Origin: Rhizophagus irregularis
Taxonomy: Eukaryota
DNA length: 64,000 nucleotides
Direction: 5' to 3'
NCBI RefSeq assembly: GCF_026210795.1
Contig: NC_089433.1
Span: 5,580,001-5,644,000 of the forward strand
Below the pieces are notes generated by a model. That model did no database searches. It was not told where the DNA came from and was given only the letters and a program-made list of their open reading frames with translations. Within the stretch, counting starts at the first letter, position 1; the number at the start of each line of letters is the position of its first letter. Positions 61,440-64,000 of the stretch are shown here, one piece after another. A program made the translations under genes and the position numbers.

Positions 61440-63399
61440 GATCCGCTTTTCTTTTCGCAACCAACTCTTATCCTTTTTTATTTCTTTTCCCCTTACTTTT
61501 CATACCGAATTAGTTAAATTTTACTTGTGTGATATATCCCGATTTCAATCTCTATTTGCGAATAAGAGGAAGAAAAGGAGTTGCGTAAAAACGTGAAGCG
61601 GGTAATGGACGTTATTGTTGAATTATTAAAGGATAGGATAGATGTTGAGAAGGAACCAGCGATGAAAAGGCAACGGGTTCAGGGTACAGTATTTCGAAAA
61701 ACAGGAGGATTAATCGTGTATACAGTCCCCGATTGATACTGATGTGATCATTTCCATTTTAATGTTAAAAATAAGCTATCCGAATTTAAGCTTTTTTTAA
61801 CTTTCACTAAAAAAAACTTTTTTTTTATCTTTTTTATTCCGAAAGTTTCTGAAGTTTCCTTTACTTCGGAAACATTTTTTTTTATCTTTTTTATTAGGGA
61901 ATCGGCTCCAAAGTGGATAGCCGAATTCCAAGGTAAGTTTCGAAAATAATCTTCGAAACCTTTAAAAAAAACGTTTCTAACTTTTTTTTATTTCTTTTTT
62001 GTAGGAATCGGCTCCAAAGTGGATGGCCAAATTCCAAGGTAAGTTTCAAAAATAATCTTCAAAACCTTTAAAAAAAAACGTTTCTAATGTTTTTTTTTAT
62101 TTTTTTTTGTAGGAATCGCTCCGATGTGGATAGCCGAATTCCAAGGTAAGTTTCGAAACTAATTTTTGAAGCTTAAAGAAAAAACGGTTTTAACGTTTTT
62201 TTATTATGATTTTGTAGAAATCGGCCCAATAAGGAAGGAATCCGGTGAGTTTTCGAAGTTGGACTTCGAAAACTTTTAATAAAAACGTATACTAACATTT
62301 TTTATAATTGTTTTTGTCGGAAACCGGCTATAACGTAGATACCGGAAGTCTACTGAAGATAAGGAAACTGGCCCATCTTGGATACCAGAATTCCAGGTAA
62401 GTTTCCGAAGTTATTTTTTCGAAAACTTTAAAAAACGTATCTTAACTTTTTTTATGACTTTTGTAGGAAATCGGCTCCTAATATACCGAATTCCGTGGTA
62501 AGTTTCGAGATTTAATTCAGAAAACTTTAAACTAACGTTTCTAACGTTTTTTTTTATTTCACTTTTGTAGGAAATCGGCTCCGGCGTGGAATCCAGAATC
62601 CAAAGTGAGTTTCAAAAATAATTTCGAAACTTTTTTTTTTAAAAAAAAAACGGTTTTAACGTTTCTTTCATTTCTTTTTTATAGGAAACTGCTTCGGCAT
62701 GGATAATCAGCAGGTAAGTGTTAGGGGGTTTTTAAATTATTTTTAAGAAACGTTCTAACCATGATCACGTTATGTTGTAGTACAAATTAAGAAAAGTTCG
62801 AGCGAACTTTTCTTAACCATGATCACGTTAAGTTTCTTTCTTTAATTTTATAGGTTTCGGCTTCTTTAGGCGTGAGTAATCAGTAGATGAATGTTTATAG
62901 GGAAGTTTCGAAATTATCTATAAGAGACATTCTAACATTTCTTTCTTTAATTTTGTAGGTTTCGGCTTTTATGGGTGGATATGAGGTGGATCGGTGCAAA
63001 AAAAACTGCATAGGGATTTTTGGTGGATTTTGGCAGGGTTTTTTGTAGATTTTTAATAGGTTTTTTTTGGAGGGTTTTGGATGAGTTTTTTGGTAGGTTT
63101 TTGGGTTTTGGTGGGTTTAATTTGCTAATTTGTATCATTTTTTACAAAATATGATTTTAATAAAAATATTTCAAAATATTTCAAAATCTGTAATATCAAT
63201 TTGCTAAATCGTAATGTTGATTTTGTTAAATCGGAATTAATTCAGAATGTTGATTTGTAATGATTTAGTTCCGAATTTATATTCCGATTTGCTGCCAATC
63301 GGAACTTTTTAAATTCGGAACTTTTAACCCAAAATCGACCCAAAATCGACCTAAAATCGGACATCCGATTTCCAGCCGATTGCACCATTTTGACCGGTG
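61440..63399 (+). mobile_element. Probable third CACTA/CMC-like element; right TIR only
   Basis: Ends attttgaccggtg (rc caccggtcaaaat, compare cactggtcgaaat) after tcgga/aatcg subterminal repeats. Left TIR not found. Confidence 0.55.
61890..62990 (+). repeat. Micro-exon/intron-like array D (~10 units)
   Basis: ttttgtag|GAATCGGCTCCAAAGTGGATGGCCAAATTCCAAG|gtaagttt..., with introns of the type gtaagtttcgaaaataatcttcgaaac..aaaacgtttctaac. Exons 27-35 nt. Confidence 0.85.
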
Positions 63400-64000
63400 A
63401 AAACTATTTTTTTATTTTATTTTTTATTTTATTTAATTTTTGCTATCAAAGAAATGTTTTCACAACATTCTTATTAATATGGTTTCTAAAAAAGCAAAGT
63501 TTTTGTTAACATAACGTCATGAAATGCATTTATTATCAGCTAATTAGAATCTAACTGCAAGTTATCGATGTGAATTCGAAATCACATGCTGTGCTCTCAG
63601 ATACCAGTTCCAAAACTTTCGCAAAATCTGATTCAACAAAGTGTTACGTTATAAATACATACCAGTCAGCGGAAATGTCAGGTTTTTTTGGCTGACTTGT
63701 TTTTTGCTAATTAAAACATATTATAATCAATAAATAGTTCTAATATAACATGATTTTTTTTCTAGATAATATACTATGAACCTTAATAAACTTTTATTTT
63801 TTGAACTTTTCTCTATCTATTTTAATAATTTTTTTAATAATATAATAATTGTATAAAAAATTTCCATTACGCCAACTTTTTTCATTTTTTTTAGTTTCAA
63901 CCTCCAGATGCAACTTATTAATGGAGAATAAATATTATTTTAATTGCTCGAATATATGTAAAATTTTATGGAGAATCGAATTACTTAATACGACAAAGGC

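Overview
AT-rich eukaryotic DNA with many short GT-AG introns. The gene families present (TKL-type kinases with a WIEDSI N-terminus, intron-rich hAT transposases, gag-protease relics) suggest an arbuscular mycorrhizal fungus of the Rhizophagus/Glomeromycotina type; this is inference. The window is mostly nested transposons: three hAT elements with decayed transposases, a decayed gag-retropepsin retroelement, three CAC(T/A/C)GGTC-ended CACTA/CMC-like non-autonomous elements (one with only its right end found) and six MITEs with readable target-site duplications. Host genes include two degenerate kinase paralogs, two Cys/His-rich paralogs, small zinc-binding ORFs and an intact BAHD-type acyltransferase. 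The most striking unexplained structure is six tandem arrays of 27-46 nt micro-exon-like units separated by ~70-100 nt spliceosomal-intron-like repeats, all inside DNA transposons of two superfamilies. In the CACTA-borne arrays the introns are the conserved part and carry a 5' hairpin, which shows compensatory changes in one array. In two of these arrays the exons vary widely. The hAT-borne arrays hold non-repeat inserts, including an antisense MRD1/RBM19-like fragment at a splice junction. All coordinates were read by eye and may be off by a few bases.
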